This document shows positions 1-12,032 of a DNA stretch of 64,000 bases, piece after piece. The stretch is from Nitrospirota bacterium (GTDB lineage: Bacteria > Nitrospirota > UBA9217). The notes beneath the pieces are model-generated. The model worked only from the letters and a program-made list of their open reading frames with translations. It was not told the DNA's origin and made no database searches. The DNA lies in assembly GCA_963796285.1 (NCBI GenBank), contig CAWCKW010000012.1:1120001-1184000 (forward strand), given 5' to 3'. Within the stretch, counting starts at the first letter, position 1. Every line of letters starts with the position of its first letter. The position numbers and the translations under genes were made by a program.

Positions 1-1038
1 GTCGCGGAACTTCTCCCAACTCTCCTTGGAGTCGTGGATCGCCACGATCGTCCAGCCACCAGCCGATGCGCCGGCCGCGTGGAAGATCTGGCCTACCGGC
101 AGGCCGCCTCCGGCGGGATGCACCGCCGCTATTGACGCTTCGTACTGCTCCTTCGTGCCGCCCGGAAAGAAATGCACGACCCCGAATGCCATTTTAGTGC
201 TCTTCTCAGTCTGAGCTACCGACTTCATGTTGTAGACCTCAAAAGCCGTCTCCTGTGGCGGCGTGGGGAAGCCGCCTATAATGCCCGCTTTCATCCGGGG
301 CATCAGGATGTTGTCGCGGAATTTCTCCCAGCTCTCCTTGGAGTCGTGGATCGCCACGATCGTCCAGCCGCCGGCCGATGCGCCGGCCGCGTGGAAGATC
401 TGGCCTTCCGGCAGGCCGCCTCCAGCAGGATGCACCGCCGCTATTGAAGCCTCGTACTGCTCCTTCGTGCCGCCCGGGAAGAAATGCACGACCCCGTATG
501 CCATTTTCTCACACTTCTCAGGTTGAGCCTGCCCTGACTTGGCTTGCAACTCGTGGAGAATAGCCACCATCGCGGGAGAATTATCGACGTGGTGATGTAC
601 AATTTTCCATGCTTTGCCTTCTCGCTGATAGATGTTCGTGACGCGGTTCTCGACGTTGACCTGGTGTCCGCCAAGCTTGAACTGCCCGGACTCGATGCCC
701 ATTTCGTAGGCCATATTCCCGTTCACACGGATGAGTTGATCTTTTAGTTCAACCTTCCCCTCCGAGGCCAGTTTGGCTACTTGCTCAAACGACTTCTTGA
801 CTGCATCCCACCCGACCTCCCGACCTCCGATGGGGTGCATGGTCGTCACGGTTGCGCTGTGTGACCAGATGTTTGACAAAGGACCGGCGTTCCCATTGAC
901 CATGCTGTTCAACGCTGCGTAAAACTGTACTGATGCTTTGCGGACCTCGTCTTTGGGTTTCTTGTCCGCCGCTGCTGCAAACGTTACGGCAGAGAACACG
1001 AAAATCATTGCTACGATAATACTAGTTCTAACTCTCAT
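1..1038 (-). CDS. Secreted SnoaL/NTF2-like (DUF4440-type) protein fused in frame to >=2 tandem ~104-aa repeat domains; runs off the window edge
   Basis: Manual translation from ATG 1038 (AGGAGG upstream): MRVRTSIIVAMIFVFSAVTFAAAADK signal peptide, NTF2-like ending ...TNIYQREGKAWKIVHHH, then MAYGVVHFFPGGTKEQYEAS (504) and MAFGVVHFFPGGTKEQYEAS (192). No stop codon to position 1, so absent from the ORF track. Confidence 0.8.
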   Translation of the reverse strand, partial: MRVRTSIIVAMIFVFSAVTFAAAADKKPKDEVRKASVQFYAALNSMVNGNAGPLSNIWSHSATVTTMHPIGGREVGWDAVKKSFEQVAKLASEGKVELKDQLIRVNGNMAYEMGIESGQFKLGGHQVNVENRVTNIYQREGKAWKIVHHHVDNSPAMVAILHELQAKSGQAQPEKCEKMAYGVVHFFPGGTKEQYEASIAAVHPAGGGLPEGQIFHAAGASAGGWTIVAIHDSKESWEKFRDNILMPRMKAGIIGGFPTPPQETAFEVYNMKSVAQTEKSTKMAFGVVHFFPGGTKEQYEASIAAVHPAGGGLPVGQIFHAAGASAGGWTIVAIHDSKESWEKFRD

Positions 1039-1329
1039 ATTTGATCCTCCTTTCTTGATATTAGGTCCTGTAATACATTGCCTGAACTTTGTGCTCACCT
1101 TCATTAATTTTTAAAAAGACCCCTGTGTCCTTATGATTCGCCGCTTTTCGCACACCACTCGCAAAGAGTTTTGCTTTATCGAGAGCCAATGATTGAGGAT
1201 TACTAGGAATATTGTGATTAGAGTATAGCAGAGAGCAAGAAGGAGCGCCGATAGTAAATGGGGTATTTCGAGGGTATTAAGGGAATGATATTAAAGTATC
1301 AAGCGTAGAATCAAAGTGCCTGTTTGATT

Positions 1330-1917
1330 TTACTGACCGTTTCTTTCTGTCCGGGTGCGCACAGCATTAGCCATTTCCTTGACCTCGCTTATTGCTTTTG
1401 ACTGTACCAAACTTTCAGGGACATACCAAGGCGGTTTGACGTACGAGCAGTACTCAAGAAGATAGGTGCCGTCCCTCTGTGTATCAATAATCTCCCAGCT
1501 TCCTTCAATTCGTTCCAAGTCGCCTGACACACGCTCCCACACTATTCGACGGTGAGACGGAGAATATTGATCGCTTATTACATAATCCAGTTCTTTATTG
1601 AAGATACCCAGGAAATTTACTAAATATATATATTCCACCTCGGCTCCAACGTTACTGATCATACGAACATTTGCTTTTTTTAAGCCTTTGTAGATTTTGG
1701 GGAAATAGCTATAGCCCGTAAGCACCGACCAGATACGCTCGGGCGTAGATTTTACGCAGAAACTCGCTTTAACTCCGGGAACGTTGTCTCTAGTCTTAAC
1801 TGCCTCAGTGACCACATCGCGCGCAAAGAGTTTTGTCCAGTCGAGTGGTTTTTCCTCTGCAATTGCTGGACTCCATAACAGGCCGCAGAATATAAAACCA
1901 TAAATCCATGTCCTCAA
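1330..1917 (-). CDS. SRPBCC/polyketide cyclase-dehydrase (START-like) family protein with signal peptide
   Basis: PERIWSVLTGY..F, WERVSGDLERIEGSW motifs; N-terminal hydrophobic AIA signal. Confidence 0.75.
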   Translation of the reverse strand: MRTWIYGFIFCGLLWSPAIAEEKPLDWTKLFARDVVTEAVKTRDNVPGVKASFCVKSTPERIWSVLTGYSYFPKIYKGLKKANVRMISNVGAEVEYIYLVNFLGIFNKELDYVISDQYSPSHRRIVWERVSGDLERIEGSWEIIDTQRDGTYLLEYCSYVKPPWYVPESLVQSKAISEVKEMANAVRTRTERNGQ

Positions 1918-2125
1918 AACGAATACCCCGCTCTTTAATATAAATATAGGCTAGTATATCCGATGAATATTACAAGCGTATGAAATTTGCATTAAATTAC
2001 GGAGTCAAATGGAGTGAAAATCGGTTAAAATCTCTAATTGCAATTGTCACTACAACGGGGGGTAGCTCCCGCGCCTATTGACAGGAGTGGTAGTATGAAT
2101 AGTATGGAATGAGGGGGGGTGGCGA

Positions 2126-3178
2126 ATGATGGAAACCTCGTTTGAAATGATTTCAGCCGATGCAGCGCGATCCGGCGGCCAACAGACGGCAACTATGGTC
2201 ACGGACCGCGATGAAGCGCTGCTCGATGCGTATTCGCAGGCAGTCGTCCAGGCATCCGAAAAAGTAAACTCAACCGTTGTCAATATCGAAGTCCAATACG
2301 CTCGTAAAGGAAGAACTTCAGCTCCGCGCATGTCTCCCGAGACCCATGCAGGCGGGTCGGGGTTCGTGTTCACGCCTGACGGATTCATCCTTACCAACAG
2401 CCATGTGGTCCATAATGCGGAAACAATCATCGTGGGGATCCCGGATGGACGCCGGTTTCAGGCCCAGCTCGTAGGAGACGATCCGGACACCGATCTGGCG
2501 GTGATACGAATCAATGCGCCGAATCTGCAGCCCGCACTCCTCGGCGATTCGCAGCGGATCAGGGTGGGTCAGCTGGCTATTGCAATAGGAAATCCCTATG
2601 GTTTTCAGTGCACCGTGACCGCCGGCGTGGTGAGCGCTCTTGGTCGCACCCTTCGGTCCTCTTCGGGCAGGCTCATCGATAGCGTGATTCAGACCGACGC
2701 GGCGCTTAACCCCGGCAATTCGGGAGGCCCTCTCGTTACGTCTCGTGGAGAAGTTATCGGCGTGAACACCGCGACGATCATGCCTGCACAGGGTATATGC
2801 TTTGCCATTGGCATCAATACAGCCAAGTTCGTGGTAGCAAGCCTTATCAAGGATGGGAAGGTGCGGCGAAGCTCAATAGGCGTAGGTGGACAGAATGTCC
2901 AGATCCACCGAAGGATCGTACGCTTCTATGACCTGCCCGTGGAAAGCGGTGTCATGATCGTATCGATCCAGCCCGATAGTCCGGCTATCCGGGCAAACCT
3001 GCGGGTTGGCGACATCATTGTGGGCTTTGGCGGAACGCCCGTCTCCGGCATCGACGACCTGCATAAGCTGTTGACTCAGGAAAAGGTCAGCGTCAGCTTC
3101 CCGATAGCGATTATCCGTGGTACGGAAAAGGTAGTCCAATTCGTCGTTCCCGGAGAGTTCAACGATCGATCCGAATAG
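2126..3178 (+). CDS. htrA: HtrA/DegP-family serine protease with single PDZ domain
   Basis: TNSHVV, DLAV, IQTDAALNPGNSGGPL catalytic motifs; C-terminal PDZ (SPA..ANLRVGDII). Confidence 0.93.
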   Translation: MMETSFEMISADAARSGGQQTATMVTDRDEALLDAYSQAVVQASEKVNSTVVNIEVQYARKGRTSAPRMSPETHAGGSGFVFTPDGFILTNSHVVHNAETIIVGIPDGRRFQAQLVGDDPDTDLAVIRINAPNLQPALLGDSQRIRVGQLAIAIGNPYGFQCTVTAGVVSALGRTLRSSSGRLIDSVIQTDAALNPGNSGGPLVTSRGEVIGVNTATIMPAQGICFAIGINTAKFVVASLIKDGKVRRSSIGVGGQNVQIHRRIVRFYDLPVESGVMIVSIQPDSPAIRANLRVGDIIVGFGGTPVSGIDDLHKLLTQEKVSVSFPIAIIRGTEKVVQFVVPGEFNDRSE

Positions 3179-3324
3179 TAAGCGCAACTTCGCGGTTGAT
3201 GCAAAATTGTCGTATCGCGGCTGGAAAGACCTTGAGCGATAACTGATGTACGGCTAAGACACGCGAAATAAACATTGTCCCGGCGTTTCACCGAATATCA
3301 AAATAAAAAACAGCAAGACCTTCC

Positions 3325-4098
3325 CTATTGGCCGGGAAACGCGATCCCGGATAAGCGGCCGCATTCTGAAAGATACTTTTCCTGCACAGCCGGATCCGCG
3401 GCAGCCGGGTGACAGCTCCCGGGTTGTAGATGATGGAAATATCTTCCCGAGACCAGGACCTCCTTGTCCTGGCTCGCTGCCAGCCACACCTGCGTCCGCG
3501 CCCCTTCCTCAACGCTGACAGGAGCTCCCCGCCCTCCCATCTTCGTGGCTGCCCAGCCGGGGTCCACGGCATTGGACAATACGTCGGGCCATTTGCGTGC
3601 AACGGCAAAGGCAAGGATGACGTTGTGCAGCTTCGAATCGGCGTAGGAGTTCGATCCGCCTCCGGTCCGGCTGCCCGAGGTCAGGTCGTTCAAGCTGGCG
3701 TCGCCACTTCGATGGAGACCAGAGCTCGTATAGACCAGCCGCTTCGGCCTCCTGATCAGGCAGGTCAGGATATAGGGGGCGAGGGAGTTCACAGCAAAGA
3801 TCTGCGGCAGGCCGTCCACGGTCGTTGCGCCATGGGGCACAAGATAGATGCCGGCATTATGGATCACGGCATCGAAGGGTCCCAGCTCGTTCACCCGGTC
3901 CGCAAGGGACTTCGTTTCCGCGATGCTTGCCAGATCGCCGATAACCGCGGAGAGCGCACCCGGGACTTTGGAAAGCGCCTCGTTCGCCCGATCCCGGTTG
4001 CGTCCGTGCAGCACGACCTGGTGGCCCTGGCTGACCAGCAGCCGCGCCTCCATCAGTCCGAGACCGTCGGCAGAACCGGTAATGAATATTCTTGCCAT
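3325..4098 (-). CDS. SDR family oxidoreductase
   Basis: TGSADGLG, HNAG, YADSK motifs. Confidence 0.92.
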   Translation of the reverse strand: MARIFITGSADGLGLMEARLLVSQGHQVVLHGRNRDRANEALSKVPGALSAVIGDLASIAETKSLADRVNELGPFDAVIHNAGIYLVPHGATTVDGLPQIFAVNSLAPYILTCLIRRPKRLVYTSSGLHRSGDASLNDLTSGSRTGGGSNSYADSKLHNVILAFAVARKWPDVLSNAVDPGWAATKMGGRGAPVSVEEGARTQVWLAASQDKEVLVSGRYFHHLQPGSCHPAAADPAVQEKYLSECGRLSGIAFPGQ

Positions 4099-4276
4099 GG
4101 AGTTTTCCCCGAAAACCTGATCGTCTTGCTCTTTATAAGTTTAGCAAAAAATGATGCCGTGACAGGTCCGTTTTATCGTAGTCAGCCACTGTTACGAGGG
4201 CAGGCTCAAAGGCGAAAGGATTCGATCAGGAGGTAAACGATCGCGAGGTGATCGATTTTCTTTATCATGGCTGACC

Positions 4277-4897
4277 TCATGGGATTTCCGTGCGGCCCTG
4301 CATCCCCTGAAGCCGCCGGAACGAGCGGACGATCAGGGGAACGGCGATCATCGCGCCGAGCACGATCCACTCCGCTGTGTCGGGATCGCGGAAGTACCTG
4401 CTCAGGCTCAGGGTCGAGACTGCAATGACGGCGTAATACAGCATGTCGCCCACGATCGCGAAGGCCCAGCCCATCATGAATCCATGGCCCGCAGCCAGCG
4501 CTGCTGCCCGCCCGGACATCGGGTCCGCGCCAAAGGAGAACATAACGAGCGCAATAGGGCCTGCACCGGTGCCGCTGAATTGGGCCGTGGTGCGGGCTAT
4601 TGCAGCCTTCATCCTTGCGGTGAAACGGGCGAGAAACGGGACTTTACCCACCAGCCAAGCGAGAAGTCGAAGGATCGGTTCGAATGCGAGGGCAAGTAGC
4701 ACATCGGAAACCAGGTAAAGCCCGGCAGTCACGGGCCAGGCCAGACCCTTGGTCTGGGCGAGCAATACGCCTGCCGGGATTCCGCCCCCGACAGGGATAA
4801 GGAAGAGCATCAATACGGAAAGCATGGGGGATACTAACAAAAGAGACGGACAAAAGCAAGCGGCGGGGCGGGCTTGGTATTGTGGGGTATTTAACAA
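4277..4897 (-). CDS. Hypothetical integral membrane protein (true start probably the internal MLSVLML ATG near 4825)
   Basis: Several hydrophobic segments; IPVGGGIPAGV; its 5' part is duplicated at ~16336-16627. Confidence 0.7.
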   Translation of the reverse strand: MLNTPQYQARPAACFCPSLLLVSPMLSVLMLFLIPVGGGIPAGVLLAQTKGLAWPVTAGLYLVSDVLLALAFEPILRLLAWLVGKVPFLARFTARMKAAIARTTAQFSGTGAGPIALVMFSFGADPMSGRAAALAAGHGFMMGWAFAIVGDMLYYAVIAVSTLSLSRYFRDPDTAEWIVLGAMIAVPLIVRSFRRLQGMQGRTEIP

Positions 4898-4999
4898 AGG
4901 TTGATATATCTAATTAGATGCCTGGCAAGGAAAACAGAGCGGGAAAATGTCGACATGCAACAAAGGAGACTCCTACCAGGCTTGCTCCGCGCCTCCGCG

Positions 5000-5530
5000 T
5001 CAACCCAAATGTTCCCTTTCATAGGCCATTACCCGGTCACGTTCCTCTGCCACAGACAGCGACTCAAGGTATTTCTGCATCTCAACCGAATTGGGAAATG
5101 CTGTCGGAATCTGAGCGTAAGGTACGCAGACAACCAGGACAGTCCTCACCAGATCCATCACGCTGAATTCGAGGAGTTTGCGAATTCTTTCGGGCGTTGC
5201 CTGTTCGAGCCGGAGAGGATCTTGATGATACCAACCGTGGCCGTGAGGGGTTATGAGGGTCGAGTCGATGCCTTTCTCTTTTTTTACGATCATGCCTTGT
5301 TTGGCCGCAAAAGCGGAAACATGAGTGCGGAGCAGCTGGATTCCTCTGACTGCCGGATTGGAGCAGATGCCGCCCTTTCTCCAGGAGAGCCGGCAGAACA
5401 GTGAAAGATTGATTCCGCAGCAGTATAGGTAGCTGTCCGGGCCCAGTCGCGGTTCCTCCCGGATCACAATATACAGGAAAGCGTTTTTATACTCGAATGA
5501 ACGGATCGGCGCGGTTTGCATGATCATCAT
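5000..5530 (-). CDS. Hypothetical protein
   Basis: 176-aa ORF with AGAAAGG RBS-like sequence before the ATG. Confidence 0.6.
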   Translation of the reverse strand: MMIMQTAPIRSFEYKNAFLYIVIREEPRLGPDSYLYCCGINLSLFCRLSWRKGGICSNPAVRGIQLLRTHVSAFAAKQGMIVKKEKGIDSTLITPHGHGWYHQDPLRLEQATPERIRKLLEFSVMDLVRTVLVVCVPYAQIPTAFPNSVEMQKYLESLSVAEERDRVMAYEREHLG

Positions 5531-5727
5531 CCTTTCTTCTACGCAGCACGTTGCTTACCGTAGTATAACAATTCCGGAATAATCTTCAAGCTCATAGAGC
5601 ATCGTACTCTCTCGGTTCCCGACGTGATGCTCATGGATTATCATAGTTGAGTGATTATACAGGATTCAGATTCAGGTAAACCATAAGCATGGGCCGGGAC
5701 AAGTCGGAGGTACAAGTTCCCTTATCT

Positions 5728-5860
5728 CTGACGTAAAAAAGGAGAATCCACCTAACCGAGACGCAGAGAAATACATATTTAAATTATTGAGAATTCCCTC
5801 AGCGCCTCTGCGTCTCCGAGGTAAATTTGACCTTTTTTCGACTTTTTACGAATGCATCAT
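5728..5860. repeat. Nested palindromic intergenic repeat (CGTAAAAA...TTTTTACG outer arms enclosing GAGACGCAGAG/CTCTGCGTCTC)
   Basis: Inverted arms visible; related copies at 40770-40898 and 53946-54088. Confidence 0.65.
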
Positions 5861-5993
5861 ATAATGTAAACTGCCTTATGCCTATCCGGTTTAAATGCTT
5901 TTTAAGTGACCAGACTGCCCGATTTGGTGATATACTCGTCCCATCGTAAATTTATCGGAGGTGAGCCATGGTTGATCCAACTAGAGATGGGAT

Positions 5994-6344
5994 ATGAACA
6001 TGATGACACCGATAGAAGAACGAGACAAGGCTTTATCAGTCATCGACCCATTTTTGCTCGAAATTTCCATGATCTTCAGAGAATGCTATTTATCAGAAGG
6101 GAAAGGTGCGCTTCTTGTTTATGCGGATTCAGTAATAAATGGCAACATTCCCACTGAGAGTGATTACACAACCAAAAACGATGTTCTTGAAATAATAGAC
6201 GGCATCGATGCTAAAGCCGGCCTGGCTGCGCTTTTAAGCACATACGACCCGCATACAGAAGGGATCTTGGTTTTAATTCCGAGCAGTAATATTGCACCAT
6301 TTTTTATTACAATCAAGCTGAAATCGCGGAGCACAGCAGACTGA
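5994..6344 (+). CDS. Hypothetical protein
   Basis: 116-aa ORF with protein-like composition; no motif recognised. Confidence 0.55.
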   Translation: MNMMTPIEERDKALSVIDPFLLEISMIFRECYLSEGKGALLVYADSVINGNIPTESDYTTKNDVLEIIDGIDAKAGLAALLSTYDPHTEGILVLIPSSNIAPFFITIKLKSRSTAD

Positions 6345-6586
6345 GCTAGCAACAGGATCAATCACAACCTGGATATGACTTCATTTTATATCTTGGCTGT
6401 CTCTCCCCCACCAATAGCTCCTGCAAGGACTCGATAGGTTATAGCTATTTATCCCACGCAATATAATTTTGTTAATTTCCTTGTTGACCTCACGTCCCCA
6501 AGTCCCTATGACAATCTTATCCCGAATGTCAACAGTAAAGACCCTGAGGTCTTCGTTGTGGGCAACGTCGCGGAGATGCGTCAAGT

Positions 6587-7423
6587 TCAAGGAATGCTTG
6601 CGGCTGCAGGCACGGAACAAGTCTGACCGCCACGGCGGCGCTGCACGAGCCGGAGGAGATCCTCTTTCCGCATCGGCGAGAGGCCTAGGCTGTCCGCTTC
6701 CTTTTTAAGCACGTCGTAGGAGCCATCGCCGCCGAGATAGCCGTTCACGCGCGCCACTGCGGTCGAAGCAACATAATCGGCAAAAGAGGGATAGATCCGC
6801 ATGAGTTCCTCCGCAAACTCAGGGTACTGCCGGAGGCTGTGTTTCTGGTGGTAGTCCTCGGCAAGTGTAAAACCGTTGTAGTTGATGATCTCCGTATGGA
6901 CCGTCTTACCGCGCTCTTGCTCGATCTGCGCCTTGGACTCCCGGGCAAGCCGCAGCTGCTCATCGTTATGCACGAAGATTATGGAGGCGTACTGGCGCGA
7001 CCAGCTCCGGTACGAAGGATCGTGTCCGGTCCAGAAGGCGCGGAGCAGTTCCTTGTAGGATATCCTGGAGGGATCATAGTCGATCTGGACGGTTTCTGTG
7101 TGGTCGCCGAGCGAGCGGTAGGTTGGATTCTGTTTGGTCCCGCCGGCATATCCCACGCGCGTTCTGATTACGCCGGGCAGACTCCCGAACTGGGAGTCGG
7201 GTCCCCAGAATCAGCCCATGGCAAAGGTTGCGGTAGCGATCTCTTTCGGCGCGAGGGCGTCGATCAGGGGTTTCGATGCAGAAGACGCGGAAGCAAAGGC
7301 ATTCGGGCTCATGTTATGCTGCCCCCTTTCTGTTGCGAAATAAACTGCCCCCGCGGCAAGCAGGAACAGAAGCAGTGCATATCCGGGAAACCGGAGCACG
7401 TATGGATTTTTGTCCTTGGTCAT
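6587..7423 (-). CDS. msrA: Selenocysteine-containing peptide methionine sulfoxide reductase MsrA with N-terminal membrane anchor
   Basis: ORFs 7211..7459 and 6587..7156 join through in-frame TGA (7211-7213), giving ATFAMG-U-FWG (GCFWG motif). Also GYAGG, HTETVQIDYDP, AEDYHQK. SECIS-like hairpin GACTCCC-AGTTC-GGGAGTC starts 12 nt downstream. Confidence 0.92.
7180..7198 (-). promoter_or_regulatory. Putative bacterial SECIS element of msrA
   Basis: 7-bp perfect stem with G-containing 5-nt loop, 12 nt 3' of the UGA. Confidence 0.75.
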
Positions 7424-7666
7424 GGGGAAATTATCCCACCTATCGATCAGCGGACGCAAGTAAAATGAGGGGCATAAGAATTTTTCGAGAGGAATAATGA
7501 AGGAACTACTTTAGTAGGAGAAGATCAAAGGAAGCCTATATCAGGGGGAACTGAGATAATTGTTTGCTGATGCGACAATTGCGCCCAATGCAAGAGGCAA
7601 GACCCTCAAGGTTCTCCGGCGTACGTTCAGTACGGGTCTGCCTCATGCCGGGCGCGAGCAGGCTGT

Positions 7667-8284
7667 TTACTTTTTCTTCATCGCATCGGCCACCCTGCCG
7701 ACGAGCTTCGGCCCGGGCTTGAGCGTGATGTCTCCCTGCTTCTTCCACTGGGCCGGGACGCCCTCCGAAGGGTGAGCGGCGAGATGTTTATTCGCGCGGA
7801 GCTTCCGGAGCAACTCCTCGACGTTCCTGCCCAAATTGAAAAAGTTCACTTCCGCGTTCAAAAGGGTGCCTTCGGGGCTGATGATGAACGTCCCGCGCAA
7901 AGCGAGCCCCGCTTCTTCATCGAGTACACCGAACAGGCGCGCTATGTCGCCGGTGACGTCGGAGGCCATGGGGTATCTGACCTGCGCCAGGGCCTTTTCG
8001 TCCCTCTGCCAGGCGAGGTGCACGAATTTGGTGTCCCTGCTCACCGTGACCACCTCGGCCCCAAGCTTCTGGAACTCATCGTACCGCTCCGCCAGAGCGG
8101 CAAACTCCGTTGCTCAGACAAAGGTAAAATCGGCGGGATAAAAGAACAGGACCGTCCATTTCTTTGCCGCCTTCAGTTTCTTCAGGCTGATCTTCCCGAA
8201 ATCGCACTTGACCGGGTCGAACATCTCAAGCTCAAAATCCGGAACTTTCTCGCCGACGCTCAGACTGCAACAATGCTCAGACAT
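7667..8284 (-). CDS. prxU: Selenocysteine-containing peroxiredoxin (AhpC/Prx1 family, PrxU)
   Basis: FFYPADFTFV-TGA(8114-8116)-ATEF replaces the FVCPTE peroxidatic Cys; continues in frame to ALRGTFII and GRNVEE. Hairpin GCCGCTC-TGGCG-GAGCGGT 12 nt after the UGA. Confidence 0.92.
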
Positions 8285-8354
8285 ATCAGTTCCCTCCTTG
8301 TTGGAAATGTAGTGACGCATGATAAGATAAGTATAGCATGTTCCATTCTTACAG

Positions 8355-8412
8355 CGCCTGCACAAGGGTCAGACGCCTGTTGTAAAGCGTCGCCTGCACC
8401 CTCTTGTTAGTT
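8355..8412 (-). other. Degenerate attC-like site downstream of katG
   Basis: Minus strand AACTAAC-AAGAGGGTGCAGGCGACGC...GCGTCTGACCCTT bulged palindrome; distal GTT lost. Confidence 0.45.
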
Positions 8413-8464
8413 GATCGTTTTATCGCCGCCCTGTCAGAAGCTCTCGAAGACGTTTATGCTGCGA

Positions 8465-10711
<2,247 letters not shown>

Positions 10712-11035
10712 CTATGAATCGACGAGACGGAAACCGGCGTTCTTCCATCCTTCGACACCGCCGCCCAGAACCTTGGCATTCGAAAATCCCTGCGCCAGAT
10801 ATTCCGCTGCCCGACCGGCAGCGCTAGCTTCTTTCTGTCAGGCTCAGTAGAAGATGATTTCCTGGTCCCTGGACAGGGAGGGCAAACGCGCCTTGAAGTC
10901 CTGCAGCGAGATCGCGGACTCAAGGTGCATTTTCCGGAACTTCTCCACGTCCTCGTACGCGCATACAAGAAGGGCCTCTCCGGACGTAACCTTCTTGCGC
11001 GCCTCTTCTGCCGATATTCTTATTGGCTCGGTCAT
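10712..11035 (-). CDS. Rhodanese-like selenoprotein with two in-frame UGA codons (IIFY-U-A-U)
   Basis: GGAGG then ATG 11035; TAC TGA GCC TGA CAG (TGA at 10844-10846 and 10838-10840); continues QKEASAAGRAAEYLAQGFSNAKVLGGGVEGWKNAG (rhodanese C-terminal signature) to TAG 10712. Confidence 0.82.
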
Positions 11036-11299
11036 GGGGGGCCTCCCATCGGTGGATAGGCTGTGAATGAATAAAGGATAGCACAGACCAGAGGGAGATG
11101 CATGGGGTGTCATAGAATCATCAGTTAAGCGAACCGGCGGAGATTTGTAAATTCGAGGATCAATAGGGGAAAGACGCGATCTGGTTGAGGGTAGAACATC
11201 AAACGGGCTAAGGGCAAAAGTCCAACAGTATGGACCTGACCCCAGGATGTTCCCCCCCGTTAAACTCTTGAGGTATAATTTTAACGAAGGAGGTTGGAC

Positions 11300-11893
11300 A
11301 TGAGAAAAATAATCGTTATATCAATGATCACATTAGATGGAGTAATGCAAGCACCTGGTGGACCTGAGGAAGATACATCAGGCCGTTTCAAATATGGCGG
11401 TTGGGTGGCACCTTATGGTGACGAAGTTTATGGCAAGGTCATGGAAAAACAGATGAGACCTGCGGATCTTCTGTTGGGCAGAAAAACGTTTGAGATTTGG
11501 GCCGGCTACTGGCCAGAGCATGAAAAGGGATGGCCAGGTATCAATGATGTCACAAAATACGTCATGTCCAGGACCATGAAAAAGTCAGATTGGAAAAACT
11601 CCGTTTTCCTGAAAAGCTTGGCAGATATCAAAAAGCTCAAAAGTTCAAAAGGCTCTGACATTAAAGTTTGGGGCAGCGGTAAACTTATTCAGCTGTTACT
11701 TAAGAATGATCTTGTGGACGAACTCTGGCTCATAATTCACCCGTTGACTCTTGGTAAAGGAAAGAAGTTGTTTGACAATGGCACGATTCCGGCAGCATTT
11801 ACATTAATAGAGAGGACTGTTACACCAAGTGGAGTGATTATTGCCAATTACAAGCGAGCTGGAAAAGTCAAGACAGGTACTGTTGGAGCTTAA
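11300..11893 (+). CDS. Dihydrofolate reductase/RibD C-terminal domain family protein
   Basis: MITLDGVMQAPGG, LLLGRKTFE, VWGSG.LIQ.LL...LVDEL motifs; AT-richer than neighbours. Confidence 0.9.
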   Translation: MRKIIVISMITLDGVMQAPGGPEEDTSGRFKYGGWVAPYGDEVYGKVMEKQMRPADLLLGRKTFEIWAGYWPEHEKGWPGINDVTKYVMSRTMKKSDWKNSVFLKSLADIKKLKSSKGSDIKVWGSGKLIQLLLKNDLVDELWLIIHPLTLGKGKKLFDNGTIPAAFTLIERTVTPSGVIIANYKRAGKVKTGTVGA

Positions 11894-12032
11894 GGCGGCT
11901 AACCTGTTAATAATTCCCCAGATAAGCTGATATCTTCACCAGGTGTTTAGTCGCGATCAGTGCTTTTTCGCTAGTGCAATAAGAAAGATCTGACCCTATT
12001 GTTTCTTGTCAAGCGCCGTTTGGGAGAAGAAT

